Source: Gemmatimonadota bacterium (GTDB lineage Bacteria; Gemmatimonadota; Gemmatimonadetes; Longimicrobiales; Gaopeijiaceae). Taken from it: a stretch of 64,000 bases of DNA. The DNA is taken from assembly GCA_034521595.1 (NCBI GenBank), contig JAXHMG010000001.1, forward strand, positions 1 through 64,000, written 5' to 3'. The translations under genes were made by a program, and so were the position numbers. Positions 61,569 through 64,000 of this stretch are shown piece by piece; the first letter of the stretch is position 1; each line of letters starts with the position of its first letter. Under the pieces are notes generated by a model. That model was not told the origin of the DNA, ran no database searches, and saw only the letters and a program-made list of their open reading frames with translations.

Positions 61569-62195
61569 CTACTTCTTCCGCGCCACGTACTCGCGCGCCC
61601 CGGCACGCAGGGAAAACGCGTGCGTGACCGTGAACGGCCTCAGGAGTCGCTCGACCTCGGCCGGCAGAAGCTCGGGAGCCGCCGGCTCCGGGTCACCGAC
61701 CGGCTCCCGAGCGATTCGGTCGTGCGAGACCAACATCGATCGCACGGGCTGGCGCGTCGTGCCGTCCGAGGCATCCACCGAGGCGTAGAGTCGTGCACCG
61801 GGCCCCGTGATGTCCACGATCCGGGCGACCAGGGAGGCTCGCTCTTCCGGATTCAACCGGTCCAAGACGTCCCACGCCAGGACCACGTCGTACGGATGCC
61901 CGGGATGTGCGACGAGCACCTCCGGGTCGAACCCGGCGCGGGATCCTTCGTCCGTGCCGGGCACCAGCCCGACGAAACGGACGACCCCGGCGTACGGCGT
62001 GAGCATCTCGAGCTGCCGCCGGCTTCCCTCCCCGAGGTCCAGGATCGAGTGGCCACCGTCGTCCCGCAGCCCTTCGAAGAGGGCCCCCAACCCCGGGGAC
62101 GCCCGCTCGGAGGCTCGGGATTCGGGCGCGTCGGCCGTCTCCGACTCCTCCGACGGGACCGCCCCCCCGGACCGGATCCGGTCGAGCCATCGCAC
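61569..62195 (-). CDS. SAM-methyltransferase-like protein
   Basis: SILDLGEG, YDVVLAWDVLDRL; coupled to the bactofilin gene. Confidence 0.65.
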   Translation of the reverse strand: MRWLDRIRSGGAVPSEESETADAPESRASERASPGLGALFEGLRDDGGHSILDLGEGSRRQLEMLTPYAGVVRFVGLVPGTDEGSRAGFDPEVLVAHPGHPYDVVLAWDVLDRLNPEERASLVARIVDITGPGARLYASVDASDGTTRQPVRSMLVSHDRIAREPVGDPEPAAPELLPAEVERLLRPFTVTHAFSLRAGAREYVARKK

Positions 62196-62791
62196 TACGA
62201 CTTGGCCGGGCTCTTGCCGCTGGAAGCGTCCTTGGCCTTCTCCGGGCTCGTGGCGGCCTGACTGGCCGGAGGGTTGGAGTCCGAGGCGATCTTCTCGCCG
62301 GCCTGGGTCTCGGATCCCTTGCTCGTGTTCGTTGGCTTGCCGGAAGCTCGACCGCTACCGGTGGCTTTGGTTTGACCGCCGGACCCGTTCGCCCCCATGT
62401 CGACGAGACCCCGGAACGTCGCCCCGTCCTCGAGCACCACCCGCGGCGCTTTGATGTCTCCGTGGACCTGCGCTGAGCCGCGCAAGATGATCTGCTCTTC
62501 AGCGGTGAGATCACCTTCCACACGACCTTCGATCGTGATGAGCCGCCCCAAGATATCGGCATTGACCCGGCCTTCGCTGCCGACGCCCACGGCGTGTTGA
62601 GCGAGCGTCACGGAGCCGTCGACCTTGCCCTGGATCAGGAGATCCTCGCTGCCGGTCACGTCCCCCTTGATGCTGATCGAAGGACCGATGGTCGCGCGCC
62701 CGGAATCCCCGGAGGCGGGTTTCTGTCCGGTGGTGCGCGGGGTGGTTCCTGCATTCGACGGCGCCGGCTGCTCTTCGTCTTTCTTCCACAT
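62195..62791 (-). CDS. Bactofilin (polymer-forming cytoskeletal protein)
   Basis: ATIGPSISIKGDVTGSEDLLIQGKVDG..GDIKAPRVVLEDGATFRG. Confidence 0.9.
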   Translation of the reverse strand: MWKKDEEQPAPSNAGTTPRTTGQKPASGDSGRATIGPSISIKGDVTGSEDLLIQGKVDGSVTLAQHAVGVGSEGRVNADILGRLITIEGRVEGDLTAEEQIILRGSAQVHGDIKAPRVVLEDGATFRGLVDMGANGSGGQTKATGSGRASGKPTNTSKGSETQAGEKIASDSNPPASQAATSPEKAKDASSGKSPAKS

Positions 62792-62988
62792 AGCTCCCCC
62801 AAGGATGCGTGGCCGTGCGGCAGGGCAGCACGGCGCTGTAACACGTCCTGGGAAGGAGGTGCAACAAGCTTGCCAAAGCCGGGTGGGCTTTCGGACGCGC
62901 GGTCATCGGCCTCAGTTATGTTGGAACCGATCCTGGCCCCGGCGGTCCATGCACGCAGCAGGGACCGCCTCCAACCGGTGCCCCGAGC

Positions 62989-64000
62989 ATGTCATCACCC
63001 ACCAAGCTCCAACGTTGGCTGGACGTCGTCGCCTACCTGGCCGGACGACGCTTGCCCGTCGCCACGGAAGACCTCTGGAAGGCGGTGCCGGCGTACCGCC
63101 CCGGACTGGAGGGCACGGACGGAGAGAAGCAGAAGGTGCGCCGGATGTTCGAGCGCGACAAAGACGAGTTGCGCGACCTCGGCATCCCGATCGAGACGGT
63201 GAGCTACTCGATCAACTACGGGCTCGAGCACGTCACCGGGTATCGGCTGGAGACCCGGGACTTTCACCTGCCGTACCTCAGGCTCGTCGCCGATGCCAGA
63301 GCGGCCGACACGGAAGATGGCACGGAGCGCGGGGGGCGCCCCGCAACCGATCCGGCGGGAGCCTTCGCCCTGGACCGAGGGGAGGCGGGAGCCGCGCTGG
63401 AAGGGCTGAGCGAACTCGCCGAGATCCCGTCGTTTCCGCTGCGCGGCGCCGCTCGCTCCGGTCTCCGTAAGCTCACCTTCGACCTCGATCCCGACACGCT
63501 GCGGGAAGCGCCCGTCGTCTACGCGACCGATCCCGAGACGGAGGCCGCCCGGGACACGCTCCGTGCCCTCTCCAGCGCTGTGCAGAGCCGAAAGCGGGTC
63601 TCCTTCCTCTACCGCGCCATCACGCGTGAAGCCGAAGCGTGGCGTCGCGCCCATCCCTATGGGCTGCTGTTCCAGCACGGCCGTTGGTACATGGTGGGAT
63701 GGGACGTCGACCGGGAAGCCGAGCGCATGTTCCGGGTTGGCCGGATGAGTGAGGTCCGGCCGGACCGACAGGGAGGCGGCCCCGACTACGAGGTGCCGGC
63801 AGCGTTCGACCTGAACGCCTACGCCGGACGCTCGGCCTGGGAGGTCGGAGAGGATCCGGAAGGCTCGGTCGGAGCGCTCGTGCGCTTCCGGTTTCCACGC
63901 TCCCTCTGGGCGGAGCGCAACGACCACGGCCAACTCGTCGCCGAGCAGGAGGACGGAAGCCAGCTCAGACGATTCCCGATTCTCCGCCGGGACCCGTTCC
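62989..64000 (+). CDS. WYL-domain transcriptional regulator (PafB-like), partial, runs off the window; not in the ORF track
   Basis: MSSPTKLQRWLD..RRMFERDKDELRDLGIPIE..HPYGLLFQHGRWYMVGWD..RMFRVGRM. Confidence 0.88.
   Translation, partial: MSSPTKLQRWLDVVAYLAGRRLPVATEDLWKAVPAYRPGLEGTDGEKQKVRRMFERDKDELRDLGIPIETVSYSINYGLEHVTGYRLETRDFHLPYLRLVADARAADTEDGTERGGRPATDPAGAFALDRGEAGAALEGLSELAEIPSFPLRGAARSGLRKLTFDLDPDTLREAPVVYATDPETEAARDTLRALSSAVQSRKRVSFLYRAITREAEAWRRAHPYGLLFQHGRWYMVGWDVDREAERMFRVGRMSEVRPDRQGGGPDYEVPAAFDLNAYAGRSAWEVGEDPEGSVGALVRFRFPRSLWAERNDHGQLVAEQEDGSQLRRFPILRRDPF

Overview
High-GC bacterial chromosomal window. It is Gram-negative (waaA present), and several RDSAG/GEGPGEF beta-propeller lipoprotein paralogues suggest Gemmatimonadota (inference only). 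Bases 1-6.7 kb are a decaying integron-type cassette array: attC sites, an MNT-HEPN toxin-antitoxin cassette, an HTH plus nucleotidyltransferase cassette, protease and nitrilase remnants, and an internally deleted IS3-family element. No integrase is present in the window. Bases 7-50 kb are mostly housekeeping and signalling genes (pepT, multicopper oxidase plus ZIP transporter under a DtxR-like box, waaA, leuS, tkt, thrC, thrB, ABC exporters). This region also has an ArsM-like methyltransferase with an in-frame UGA and a SECIS-like hairpin (probable selenoprotein). Bases 50.6-54.2 kb hold 17 co-oriented tRNA genes, and an 18th lies at 57.7 kb. The most unusual signal is that four tRNA genes, all with the T-loop context GGTTCGAATCC, are each followed by tandem repeat units, mostly about 165-335 bp. 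Every unit regenerates the last 15 nt of its own tRNA starting in the T-loop and carries an antisense copy of that tRNA's T-arm/3' end. This looks like a non-coding, tRNA-T-loop-targeted, tandemly amplifying element family. The window ends with ppc (possible CTG start), a bactofilin and a partial WYL-domain gene.
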